Below, piece by piece: positions 28,347-39,672 of a stretch of 64,000 bases of DNA (the first letter of the stretch is position 1; every line of letters starts with the position of its first letter). The stretch is from Octopus vulgaris (taxonomy: Eukaryota), in NCBI GenBank assembly GCA_951406725.2, contig OX597814.1, positions 59,830,001 to 59,894,000 on the forward strand, written 5' to 3'. A model generated the notes under the pieces. The model ran no database searches. It saw nothing but the letters and a program-made list of their open reading frames with translations, and was not told the origin of the DNA. The position numbers and the translations under genes are program-made.

Positions 28347-28349
28347 GAG

Positions 28350-28487
28350 AAGGTTGCTTCTCGACGACATGGTTCTGGGTTTAGTATCTCTGCGTAGCAC
28401 CTTGGGCAAGTGTTTCTACTGTAGCTCCGAGCCGACCAAAGTTTTATGAGTAGATTTGGTAGAAGGAAAGAGAAATAAGCCCATCAC

Positions 28488-28490
<3 letters not shown>
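28350..28490 (+). mobile_element. SINE family A 5' fragment
   Basis: catggttctgggtt..gcaccttgggcaagtgt..gccgaccaaag..gatttggtaga. Confidence 0.8.
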
Positions 28491-28525
<35 letters not shown>

Positions 28526-28665
28526 CGGAGATGTACCTGTGCATAGCAAGTGATTTGATCTGAGATCGTGTGCTGAAACGAAAACAATTGCAGCTTGGAA
28601 GGTGTTTGTAAGCCATTTAAGAAACACAGAAAAGCCGTTCGATTCACTTCCACATTTAAGTTTAA

Positions 28666-28716
28666 TTTGTCAAAATATTTTCGTCGCTTTAAGACCGCGA
28701 CCTGTTCACTGACAAA
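28666..28716 (-). ncRNA. Type I minimal hammerhead ribozyme, G3-C8 core variant
   Basis: TTTGTCA-GTGAACA-G-GTCGC(GGTCTTAAA)GCGAC-GAA-AATATT-T/TGACAAA: perfect 7-bp stem I, 5-bp stem II, palindromic stem III. Confidence 0.75.
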
Positions 28717-28737
28717 ATCCGGGATGCAGCATGGAAT

Positions 28738-28788
28738 TTTGTCAGTGAACAGGTCGCGGTCTTAAAGCAACGAAAATACTTTGACAAA
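28738..28788 (+). ncRNA. Type I minimal hammerhead, G3-C8 variant, second copy (one change each in stems II and III)
   Basis: TTTGTCA-GTGAACA-G-GTCGC..GCAAC-GAA-AATACT-T/TGACAAA. Confidence 0.65.
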
Positions 28789-28868
28789 TTAAACTTAAAT
28801 GTTGAAGTGAATCGAACGGCTATCGTGTGTTTCTTAAATGGCTTACAAGCACCTTCCACGCTGCAATT

Positions 28869-28923
<55 letters not shown>

Positions 28924-28942
28924 AATGCATGCACACATACAT

Positions 28943-29023
<81 letters not shown>

Positions 29024-29056
29024 CTTTATTTAAAGCAGCAGAAAATTCAACAAAAT

Positions 29057-29094
29057 CTGTTACTCTGAGTTTCTCGTTGCCGTTCATCAGACAG
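29057..29094 (-). ncRNA. Type I hammerhead ribozyme motif, canonical core
   Basis: CTGT-CTGATGA-A-CG(GCAA)CG-A-GAA-ACTCAGAGT-A/ACAG; GUA site; stem II very short. Confidence 0.75.
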
Positions 29095-29103
29095 TTTTTG
29101 CTA

Positions 29104-29141
29104 CTGTCTGATGAACGGCAGCGAGAAACTCAGAGTAACAG
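29104..29141 (+). ncRNA. Type I hammerhead ribozyme motif, canonical core
   Basis: CTGT-CTGATGA-A-CG(GCAG)CG-A-GAA-ACTCAGAGT-A/ACAG. Confidence 0.75.
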
Positions 29142-29441
29142 ATTTTGTTGAATTTTCTGCTGCTTTAAATAAAGCATATTACTCTACGACTGGTATTTGA
29201 GTACTCTTTTTTCCACCTTGTTTCACATTTATGTGTTTACTCCGGTAGATATATATATATGAATATATATGTGAGTATGAGTTTGATCCCCTTATCGCGG
29301 TGTGATAACTGGTTTTGGTTTGTTTACGTCTCCGTAACAATACAGTTCAACATAGATAGATAAACACTTCTAGGTAGTGGCCCAACATGGCTGCAGCCTA
29401 ACGACTCAAACAAAACAAGTTAATGATATATGTATGTGTTA

Positions 29442-29674
29442 AGGGCGGCGAGCTGGCAGAAACGTTAGCACGCCGGGCGAAATGCGTGGCCGTATTTCGT
29501 CTGCCGTTACGTTCTGAGTTCAAATTCCGCCGAGGTCGACTTTGCCTGTCATCCTTTCGGGGTCGATAAATTAAGTATCAGTTGCGCACTGGGGTCGATG
29601 TAATCGACTTAATCCGTTTGTCTGTCCTTGTTTGTCCTCTCTGTGTTTAGCCCCTTGTGGATAGTAAAGAAATG
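29442..29674 (+). mobile_element. SINE family B, young copy with a 17-bp target-site duplication
   Basis: TSD gatatatgtatgtgtta at 29425-29441 and 29675-29691; B-box-like gagttcaaattcc; central gactttgcctgtcatcctttcggggtcgataaa (Meta/MESC-like domain, inferred). Confidence 0.95.
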
Positions 29675-30829
29675 GATATATGTATGTGTTAGAGTTTACA
29701 TAATTGTGGATTTGAATTTGAGTGAAAGTCTTGAGTGTGTGTTTATGAGGTATTTGTTTATGTGTCTTTGTTATAAGACGAAAAACAAAGCACGGGAGAG
29801 AATTATTTGGAAGAATTGTACCTTTCTGGAAACTATGTTGCGGCGAGTTAAATGTATTAACAATGAAAATGGAAAAATATTCTTGTAATCATGCACTTGC
29901 TTTATTCATTAGACTGCGGCCAAGCTGTGAAACATTCTGGAAAGATGACCGCAAGTGAAATTTTCAGTCTTGTAGAAATGCACCCGTTAACTTTTTGCAG
30001 AATTCCTACCTTACGGAGATGTACAGAAATCAAACCAACATTGGTTGTTAAGCAGTGAAACACAAACTAAAAGATGCACAAGCACACACAAACGCCACAC
30101 ACACATACACACGTACTCAAACACATTCACACACATACACGCTCTCACACACATACACAGACGCACACACAAACACACACACCGAAATCAATATGTGTGT
30201 GCGTGTGTGTAAAAACCGATGTCCAATATGTTGTGGAAGTGAACACGAATCAGCATGGTTGCGAAGCCAACTTCTTAACCACACAGCCATACCAACACAT
30301 CTACTATCATATTTATGCTGGTATAAATATCTGAGTCTAACGAAGAAAGTTTTGTTAGGGGAATCCATTTTCGAATAGCTTTCATTAGATTTCCGTCATC
30401 TTAATCTACTCTTTTTCGAATTATTTTTATAGTCTTGATTAACCTATTAATGATGTCTTTATTAAATATGCCAGCAAAATCTATTAAGTGAAACTATGTG
30501 TATTTATTAGTGATTAGTCATATTGTTAAGTCTCAGGAGAAATGTAGTGGACTTACATTAGAGATGTTGCTGAATTTAGAACTGTATAAATTGTCGGTAT
30601 AATTGGCAACATTGGAATCAAAATGAAATGATAGATCTGATTTACCAAAATCTACCCAAGAAACTGCCACACTCGACTTTTTTTAGTAATTACGGAATGT
30701 ATGATAAGTGCGAGTTAAATTTCCATTAAGCTTAATAGAACAAAATTGAATAGCCTTGGAGAAGAGCAATTGGTGTGAAAAGTGTGCGGTTGGGTAAAAG
30801 TCAAGTAGCAAATTTATAATATTTCTCTG

Positions 30830-31790
30830 TCGAGAGTTGCTCACATAAAATTCGTAGTCCCTAGATGAAATACAAAAGGCACTTAGTCTTGCCGTTACAG
30901 GCAGAGCGGATATCGTAGGATTTCTCAGACAACCACTTCTCTAAAGTGCTCTAAAGTCGTAGTAGTTCTCTGACCACCACATCTGAGGTTTTCCAGACGT
31001 ATAGCAGGGAGCCGAATCTTACTGCAGTACACATGGGCCTCCAGCAGCAACTCCCTCTAGTCAGGTTTTGAAAATAGTCTCCAGCAGATTTACATAGTCA
31101 TCTGAACTGAGCCAAAGTGGTTGTTCAAAAATGTGGGCTGGCAAAGGTCATCACACTTGGGACACCACGTGAATAATAGGCCACATGCTATTCTGGTTTT
31201 TGTGCAGCTAACGCTGGCAGAATTTGTTTTCATTGAGAATAACCAGATCATCTCCAGCTCAGCATGATGCCTCAACTTGTTCAGGAGGTTCTTTTCCTCA
31301 GTCAAACGGTTCTCCTTGGCCTTGGTTGTCCTAATTCGTCCCTTGCAACTCTTGTACGAGTGATATCGAGAGTCTTCATTCAGGGACATCTTTAATGTTG
31401 TGATACCAGCACACATGTATCTCGCCAAATCCTACATTCTCTTATCAGATCTTCTATCACCTTATTCTGAAGATTTTGGACGGACTCTGCGAACCTAGTT
31501 ACATGGAACGGACCGCCTATTTTGTTCTTTCCTGCTAGCCACATCTTAGCAGTCGCTGTTGCAGCGGTCCAGTGTCAGAACATTGAACAGCTGTCACGAT
31601 ACCAGCGTTTTGTTACGTGGTGCGAATCTTTTTATTTCAATTTCTCATCAAAATCCAATACTTTCAGCTTCTGTCTTCTTTCGTCGACAGCCCTCCTGCC
31701 TAATCACGTGCATCAACACTCATCTGCAAATGTAATTAATCACTACCAAAGTTTGAAAAAAAAAAGCGATGTTTGATAGACATGTCACTT
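30830..31790 (-). mobile_element. Tc1/mariner superfamily (maT/DD37D-like) transposase fossil
   Basis: LLNKLRHHAELEMIWLFS (usually precedes DEKNF), VLQ*DSAPCYTS..WSENYYDF. Confidence 0.7.
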
Positions 31791-32080
31791 TTACACTCGC
31801 CATTTTCTACGAAATTATGATATTTATCGTTCACTTAGGGTTTTAGGTTCATGTTTATGTGATATTACGTTCATTTAGGGCTTGGAGTTGTGAAATAATA
31901 TGAGAAATGAGAAATGGAGATCAAAGTCACTAGTGGATTAATGTCGGTTTTGTTAACAGTTAAGACGGAGAAAACATTTCACAAACGGAAAGAGGAAATA
32001 GATGCAGTCGACCTTCAGGAAAGTTATCATTATGTTTTACTATCTAATAGAGAGGATAACCACAAGAAATAGTAAAAGTA

Positions 32081-32183
<103 letters not shown>

Positions 32184-32184
32184 A

Positions 32185-32222
<38 letters not shown>

Positions 32223-32899
32223 CTTTATACAAAATATATCCAGAAATTTTGTGACATAATCTGCAAAATTCGCCAGAAAAAATGCAAGTCTTTTCTCTTA
32301 GTAGACCACATTTTAAAAAATACTTCAGTTTAGCGAATGTCTTTTTTATGGGGAAAAATTACATTTTGTATGTATGGAGTGTCTGTCTATTCATAAAGGA
32401 AATGAGTCTATCCACGAAACAGTACATAATCTCATTTATTTTATACCAATAATAGACTCATATTTCTGTCAACGGATAATTAATTTCATAGCTCTCTTAC
32501 ATAAATGGTCTTTTTATCGAAATCGCATATTTTTCATATTTGTCTTTATGAGTAATCCTCATTCACCAATTCACAGTGGAAGCTTGTTAAGAGTAAATGA
32601 ATTACAAATTGCCAGCAATGGTACGTTACAATGAATCAGATACTACTAAATCGTTATAAGTTTGCATATGACAACTTATACACTCGTATAAGATATCGTC
32701 ACACACAAAGCCTCGTTGAATATAACGTCGCTAAAATGCAATAATTTTCTATATATAGCTCAATCATATTTCAAAATTCTCATGTCACGTGTGTAGGAAC
32801 TCAGCACATTTACATTAAGAGGAAGAGTAATCCTTGCGTCCTCAAGAATCAACTTACATATAGCAGACATGAATAAAGTCATAGAAAGCATAAACCCAC

Positions 32900-33950
32900 T
32901 TTACTTTAGATAGTACATAGAGCACAACATTATTATATATTTTCTTTCTTTTTAAGGCTTTTTGGGCTACACTTTTGAGGGAGATCTGGTTAATATTTGG
33001 GTAATGTATGACTAATAGTATAAGTGAATTTTATTCGTTATCAGCCGAATGATTTTCTTTGGAATGGATTGGAGTTTTGCATGTGAAACAGCAGAAGCAT
33101 ACTGGGCAATTTTACTGTTTCTGTTGTGGGTCTAATATCGACTTCAAAGAGAATCAGTAAAAGTTTTGAACTGAACGATCTTCTTGGCTATAAGTAAGAT
33201 ACTGCCGATGGTTGCAAAATTTATTATTTGTATTGAATTTGTGCATTTCAATTATATGATGTTCAAGACTTGAAGAGATGACCTAATTATTTGTTTATAA
33301 GAATGCATAATGACTGCAAATGAAAGAAGCATAGTTGGCATTATCCTATTGCAGAATATTTCTAAGTAGCTGCAGATGTAGGTTTTTTGGTTGTGCGAAG
33401 GGCACCTTTTCGCTAATGGAAAACTGTTGTGAAAATCGATGGAAATTTTATAGGAGTCAACATCAATACACTGATAGCAATCAGGTCATTAATCCATATG
33501 AGGGTAAGGAGCCCACATTTTATGGAATGGATTCACAGGGACTTCCAAACAAAATCGCTAACATTCTGATGAGATACTTATACAGAACATCAGCCGAAAT
33601 ATTTTCATTGTAGGCAAGGTCTGGAAAACGCGGGGTCTATCTTTTTTTGACCCCAATAAATAAGAGACATTTGAAGAATGGCACACGTATCTATTACAAC
33701 CCACTCATTGGAATACGGGACAAGGGTCAAGAAAACATAATATTTAATTGTAGAAATATGTTTTATAATACTTATTTACAGGCCTGGCTTTACATTTTAT
33801 GTAACGTTTTAGAAATTTCATTGCTAGTTCAATTCATTTTAACGTAGGAAGGTTCATGTTATGAATTATTAATCATGGCTATTGAGTATTTAGTCCAACT
33901 AAATATGTGCTTTTATGAAAACGGAATATTATCAAGAATAATAACAGCCT
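32900..33950 (-). mobile_element. Decayed Penelope-like RT remnant
   Basis: Ordered echoes on the minus strand of LYGLPKIHK, PxRPIxS, YKQIxG..MGS and SNHP motifs, all heavily mutated. Confidence 0.4.
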
Positions 33951-34482
33951 GAAAAGAAATTTTATAGGGGACCAGGCCTCTCTACTACTTTAATCCGTAG
34001 AATAGCCTTACTTAACGTTTTCCTAAAAAGGTATGCTAGTTCGCCATCAGGGATAGCATTTGACGAACATGACGCTCTGGTATTTTTTGTTGTCGTATCA
34101 CATGCTGGCCTTATTTATTTTATTACTGGACTTTTCAGTGCTGTTCCAGGATTTACTCCTGTGCAGCGGGCACATCCCCTTAGCATCATTCTCTATGATG
34201 GCATTGTACTTAGTACTGACACCTTTGTAAAGGGCATGGATACAAACAACATACGAAGTAAAACACAAAAGAAATTTCAGGGACGGTACAACAATATCAA
34301 CAACATGAGTAACAACAACAACAACAATGATGGCAACATAGTGGGCACACACACAAACACAGAGAGATACAGGAACTGTACCAAATTTTAGGGTCTTAGT
34401 GGAACAGCAGGATAATGGGGTGAGAGAATTGGTGCTGAGGAAAAGGACATACTGCTGCTAACAATAGTGGCATACACACAAG

Positions 34483-34524
<42 letters not shown>

Positions 34525-34751
34525 CATACACACACGCATAAACAAGGACTCACGTATGCGCACATAAGGATACACATCTTAGAAGAACAGAATTGAGTTA
34601 TTGGAGGAAGAGCACACACTGAAAGTGTCGCAGAGATGGTCACAAATGTGTCACGAACAATTTCCGATCTATGGATGTGAGTCCCCCTGCATTGCATGGA
34701 CAATTGTCTTGCCCTGTAACCTATCGGTGCCGAAGTTTGTAGGATGCCCGT

Positions 34752-34851
<100 letters not shown>

Positions 34852-34877
34852 CACACATGCATATTTATATATATATT

Positions 34878-35095
34878 TCTTTTATTCTTTTATTGATTTG
34901 ACTGCGGCGATGCTGGTGCACTGCATTTACTCGAACAAATAGAACCGAGGAATTATTGTTTGTAAGCCTAGTACTTTTTCTCTCGGTTTCTTTTGCCGAA
35001 CCGCATTGTTTACGAGGCATTTAATACACCAACATCTTAAACACACCTGCGTCGGTTGTGAAGCGATGGTTGGGAGACAAACGCAAACACACAAA
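34878..35095 (-). mobile_element. SINE family A 3' part
   Basis: tttgactgcggcgatgctgg..ttttgccgaaccgc. Confidence 0.8.
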
Positions 35096-35145
35096 TACAT
35101 ACATGCATATATATATATGTATGTATATATATATACATATATATT

Positions 35146-35188
<43 letters not shown>

Positions 35189-35223
35189 GCATATAGATTC
35201 ACACACACGCACAAACACCACAT

Positions 35224-35274
<51 letters not shown>

Positions 35275-35657
35275 CTCTTTTACTCTTTTACTCTTTTACT
35301 TGTTTCAGTCATTTGACTGCGGCCATGCTGGAGCACCACCTTTTAGTACTTATTCTATCGGTCTCTTTTTGCCGAACCGCTAAGTGACGGGGACGTAAAC
35401 ACACCAGCATCGGTTGTCAAGCAATGCTAGGGGGACAAACACAGACACACAAACACACACATACAAACATATATATATATATATACATATATACGACAGG
35501 CTTCTTTCAGTTTCCGTCTACCAAATCCACTCACAAGGCATTGGTCGGCCCGGGGCTATAGCAGAAGGCACTTGCCCAAGATGCCACGCAGTGGGACTGA
35601 ACCCGCAACCGTGTGGTTGGTTAGCAAGCTACTTACCACACAGCCACTCCTGCGCCA
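35275..35657 (-). mobile_element. SINE family A, near full length
   Basis: Head GGCGCAGGAGTGGCTGTGTGGTAAG (A box), GGGTTCAGTCCC (B-box-like), CORE-like CTTGGGCAAGTG, (GTAAAAGA)n tail; nearly identical to 43323-43665. Confidence 0.95.
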
Positions 35658-36138
35658 ATACTTATATTGCTATTTTTCTTCCTGTGTAATTATATGTGTA
35701 ATTCGTACTGCAATTTGGAAGGTGAAGGGTTTAAATAATCTTCACAAACAACAATGTGCAATTCGAAAGTTGCGCAAACGGCTGCATGAATAGATATTTT
35801 GCACTAAACCTATATTTGTGATTTTTATATATTATTTCTGGAAAATCAATAAAAACAACTAAATTTATACGTAATAAGCAATTTTGAAATTTTAATAATA
35901 ATCTGTTATATTTTTAATATCTTTGTTCAGTTTTTTAAAAAGAGGGCTGGCAAATCTTTGTGGCATAATAATGCATATGAAACACTGCGCTGGTTTTTCA
36001 TCATGGTGTTGATGAACAACTCTATAGAACTTTACAGAAAATGTTGCTATCTGTGTAAATATATATGCATGTAGGACTATTCTGTGTGAATTTATGTTTA
36101 AGTATATACATATATACACATACATACACAATCCCCTT

Positions 36139-36192
<54 letters not shown>

Positions 36193-36214
36193 TTCCATGC
36201 ATATATATACATAT

Positions 36215-36259
36215 ATAGATATATAGATATATAGATAGATAGAAAGATAGATAGATAGG

Positions 36260-36331
<72 letters not shown>
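36215..36331. repeat. (GATA)n microsatellite
   Basis: Direct observation. Confidence 0.97.
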
Positions 36332-36333
<2 letters not shown>

Positions 36334-36907
36334 TTGGGTTGTCCAGAAAGTCCGTGCCGATTTATAGTTGCTTACCTTTCGACTTATTTTGTTATTTTTG
36401 AACATGGGTGACTCCATAAAATAAAATTTTACTACACCTGCATTCAGAGCACAGTTTAAGCTATATTTTCGTGGAAGAACTTTTATTTTCCTATAACCTG
36501 TGTTAATTCTGTAACCCTTTAAAATGGAAGATAACAAAGTTCATTTTCAGCACTTGATGCTTGGGGAAACAGACAAAAATTGCTGCAGCCCGGCTGGGAT
36601 GTGTTACCCCAACCTCCATATTCACCAGATATTGCTCCTTCGGATTTCCACTTATTCAGGTCTCTGCAGAATAGCCTTAATGGTAAAAATTTCAATTCCT
36701 TGGATGATGTAAAATGATTCCTTAATGAATTCTTTGCCATGAAACCACCTCAATTCTGGAAAGAGGGTATTTTCAAATTAAAAGAAAGTTGAAAACGCAT
36801 TGTGTAACAAAATGGTTCATATTTTGTTGATTAAAAATATAATGGCAAGTAGTTATGGACCTTTTTATTTCCTTTAAAAATCGGCACGAACTTTCCGGAC
36901 AACCCAA
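36334..36907 (+). mobile_element. Internally deleted mariner element with both TIRs and TA target duplication
   Basis: TA-TTGGGTTGTCCAGAAAGTCCGTGCCGATTT ... AAATCGGCACGAACTTTCCGGACAACCCAA-TA; retains WDVLPQPPYSPDIAPSDFHLFRSLQNSL. Confidence 0.95.
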
Positions 36908-37747
36908 TATATATCATTGTCCTGAATATGTGTATGTGTTTAAGTGTTTGCGATATATATATATATATATATGTAAACGCATGTGTCTGTGTATTTCATT
37001 TCTGTGACTTTCAGCAGACCTTATTAATTTTAGTATTATACTACTAATATTTCAATATAATGCGCGCGCGTTCATGTACACACACACACACACACACATA
37101 CACATACACACACACATATGCACACACACACTGTTACACACAGACTCACAGAGGCAAATGCACATTCATGCCTCGCACTCACACGGAAATTCGCACAAAA
37201 TACATTCTTTCCCCTCCCTTCCTCTCCCTCTATTTTTATCTCTATTTCTCTCTTTTCTTCTCTTTGCCCTTATGCTTCAATGGAGTGAGATTCGTATTTG
37301 TAGATGTCTGGAAACAACACTTGATACGTTCCTTTCCTTTCTTTTTTTTTACATCAACAGCGAAACATTGTCTAACAATAACTACAACATTTTAAGAGGA
37401 CAAAGCAAAGTATAAGATTTTCTCGTCTGAATGAATACTAAGTAGGGTAATTTCTTCAAAGGAATGATGGATCTTCATTTGGACTAACGAAAGAACATAA
37501 AACCTATATTCACAAAGCAACAATAACTCAGGACATCGTAAATTTAGAGCAAATATCTATGAATATAAGTATCATCATGTTTAACGAACCAAATGATATA
37601 TGGCAGAACTACAATAATGAGAGGAAAAGTGAGTAGTTCTTCATGGTTGCACATATTGGGTCATCTAACTCCGAAAGAACAACGTTGGAAAAACTCTTGT
37701 GATAGATCGATAGAGATTAAATTATATTTTAGTTTTTAGCGATATAT

Positions 37748-37955
37748 TTTCTACTATAAGCACAAGATTTGAAATTTAGGTGGGAGGGACTAGTCGAATA
37801 CATCGAAATCAGTGCTCAGTTAGTACTTATATGATCGACCACGAAAAGCTGAAAGATAAAGGTGACCACGGCGGGATTTGAACACAGAACATAATGAGTT
37901 GCAAGAAATGCAGCTACTCATTCCGACGTGCTAACGCATCAGCCAGCTCGTAGTC
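37748..37955 (-). mobile_element. SINE family B, diverged copy
   Basis: ttctactataagcacaag..gtacttat..atcgacc..gatttgaac.cagaac..cgtgctaacg..gccagctcg. Confidence 0.75.
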
Positions 37956-38319
37956 TTGGTCTTTCGTGAAATTAGCAACATAATAGAAAAAGGAATATAT
38001 GTGGTAATTACTACTTTAATGCTGCATAATATATCATGAATCACTGGAAACCTCACAAACGATATCGCGGTTCACCTACGCTAATTCACACATATTGCGT
38101 CGTTTTGTAAGGAGTCAGCAATTCTTTGAACGCATAAACAGTTCGCCACCATCTCAAAAGATGAAGAAGTTAGTAAGAGACCGAATAGAAATTTAAGCAG
38201 TGTCAACAGCAAGATAATTAGAAGAATTTGATGGATGAGTGTGGACAGCAAAAGTTACACGATGGGGCAGATTATTTAAAATACTAATACAACACCTGGA
38301 AATTCATGGCAAATATCCA

Positions 38320-38706
38320 TTCTACTCTAGGCACAAAGCCCGAAATTTGGAGGGAGGGGGCCAGTCGATTAGATCGACCCCAGTACGCAACTGGTACTTA
38401 ATTCTTCGACCCCGAAAGTAAAGTCGACCTCGGTGGAAATTGAACTCAGAACATAAAGACAGACGAAATACCTATTTCTTTACTACCCACAAGGGGATAA
38501 ACATAAAGAGGACAAACAAGGACAGACAAACGGATTAAGTCGATTATATCGACCCCAATATGTAACTGGTATTTATTTAATCGGTCACGAAAGGATGAAA
38601 GTCAAAGTCGACCTCAGCGGAATTTGAACGCAGAACGTAACGGCAGACCAAATACGGCTACGCATTTCGCCCGGCGTCCTAACGTTTCTGCCAGATCGCT
38701 GCCTTA
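38320..38706 (-). mobile_element. SINE family B, complete dimeric form
   Basis: Long-tail unit 38466-38704 joined through gtaaagaaataggtatttcgtctg to a headless short-tail unit. Confidence 0.92.
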
Positions 38707-39256
38707 ATGGGCAAATATAAAATAAACTTGAAACCATTAACAAATAATTAAAGTATTTTACAGCTACACACTTAATCGAAGCAAATGTATTTCATAATTC
38801 CGGCATTTGTCTTCTATTATATCATGGGCCAGTTAAAGGCAAGCGTGCGAATTTCGTTGCCTGAAACTGAAAGAAACATGTGTGTGTGGTGTATGTTTGG
38901 GTGTCTGTATGTATATGTGAGTGTGTATGTGTGTTCATGTATATACATGTACATATATATTTATATGTATGTACGTGTATATGTGTGTGAGTGATTGTAA
39001 TTGTGTCTGAACCCTACCACTTGACAACCGATGCTCAATTTTTAAGTCCTCGTAAGGGAAAGTGTTCGATAGAATAAATATAAGACAAAAAAAAATACGA
39101 GATGGATCTCTTCAACTAAAATACATAACACGATGTATGACTACAGTCTCGTGACAGAAACGAATGAAACATAAAACAATTAAAAATCGATCAAATACAA
39201 AAGAACACAGAAACAAACATCATAAAATGAGAAATGGTTCGTGTAGAAGAGGAAAA

Positions 39257-39425
39257 GGCAGTGAGCTGACAGAATCGAGACCGTATAGGGAGAATACTTA
39301 ACGGCATTTCCTCACTTGTTACATTCCGAGTTTAAGTGCCTTAGAGATCAAAGTTGCTTTTCATCATTTCAGAGTCGATAAAATAAGTACTAGTCAAGCA
39401 CTGGATTCGATATTTATCGACTAGA
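39257..39425 (+). mobile_element. SINE family B, diverged copy
   Basis: ggcagtgagctgacagaatcg..gcttttcatcatttcagagtcgataaaataagtac. Confidence 0.75.
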
Positions 39426-39427
39426 CC

Positions 39428-39672
39428 AGTGATTCTCAACCATTTTTGCCTATGGACCCTTTGATTCCTAATTTACTTAGGTGGACCCGCAGAGTCTTTC
39501 GATGTTTAAAAAATCTTCTATTTTTATAATTGAATCTAAGGATTGCATAAAGATAGTTATTAACATATTTTGTGTGTTGTAGATGTGTAACCAATTTATT
39601 GCACCCGAATTTTGACAGCAAAATCTTATGTAGACCTGCCAAGAGTCATTTGGACCCCAAATGAGAAACACA
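39428..39672. mobile_element. hAT-type MITE
   Basis: Left end CAGTGATTCTCAACC..atggaccc; right end ggaccccaaatgagaaacac is a degenerate complement. Confidence 0.55.

Larger units (their letters stand above)
28582..28872. repeat. Long inverted repeat (arms about 137 bp) carrying two divergent hammerhead motifs, flanked by (TA)n
   Basis: aaacaattgcagc..tgacaaaat / attttgtca..gctgcaattgttt are reverse complements with few mismatches; spacer about 17 nt. Confidence 0.97.
29024..29174. repeat. Near-perfect inverted repeat (72-bp arms, 7-nt spacer, 1 mismatch) carrying two divergent hammerhead motifs
   Basis: 29024-29095 is the reverse complement of 29103-29174 except GCAA/GCAG; the right arm continues to about 29246; (TA)n on both sides. 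Confidence 0.98.
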
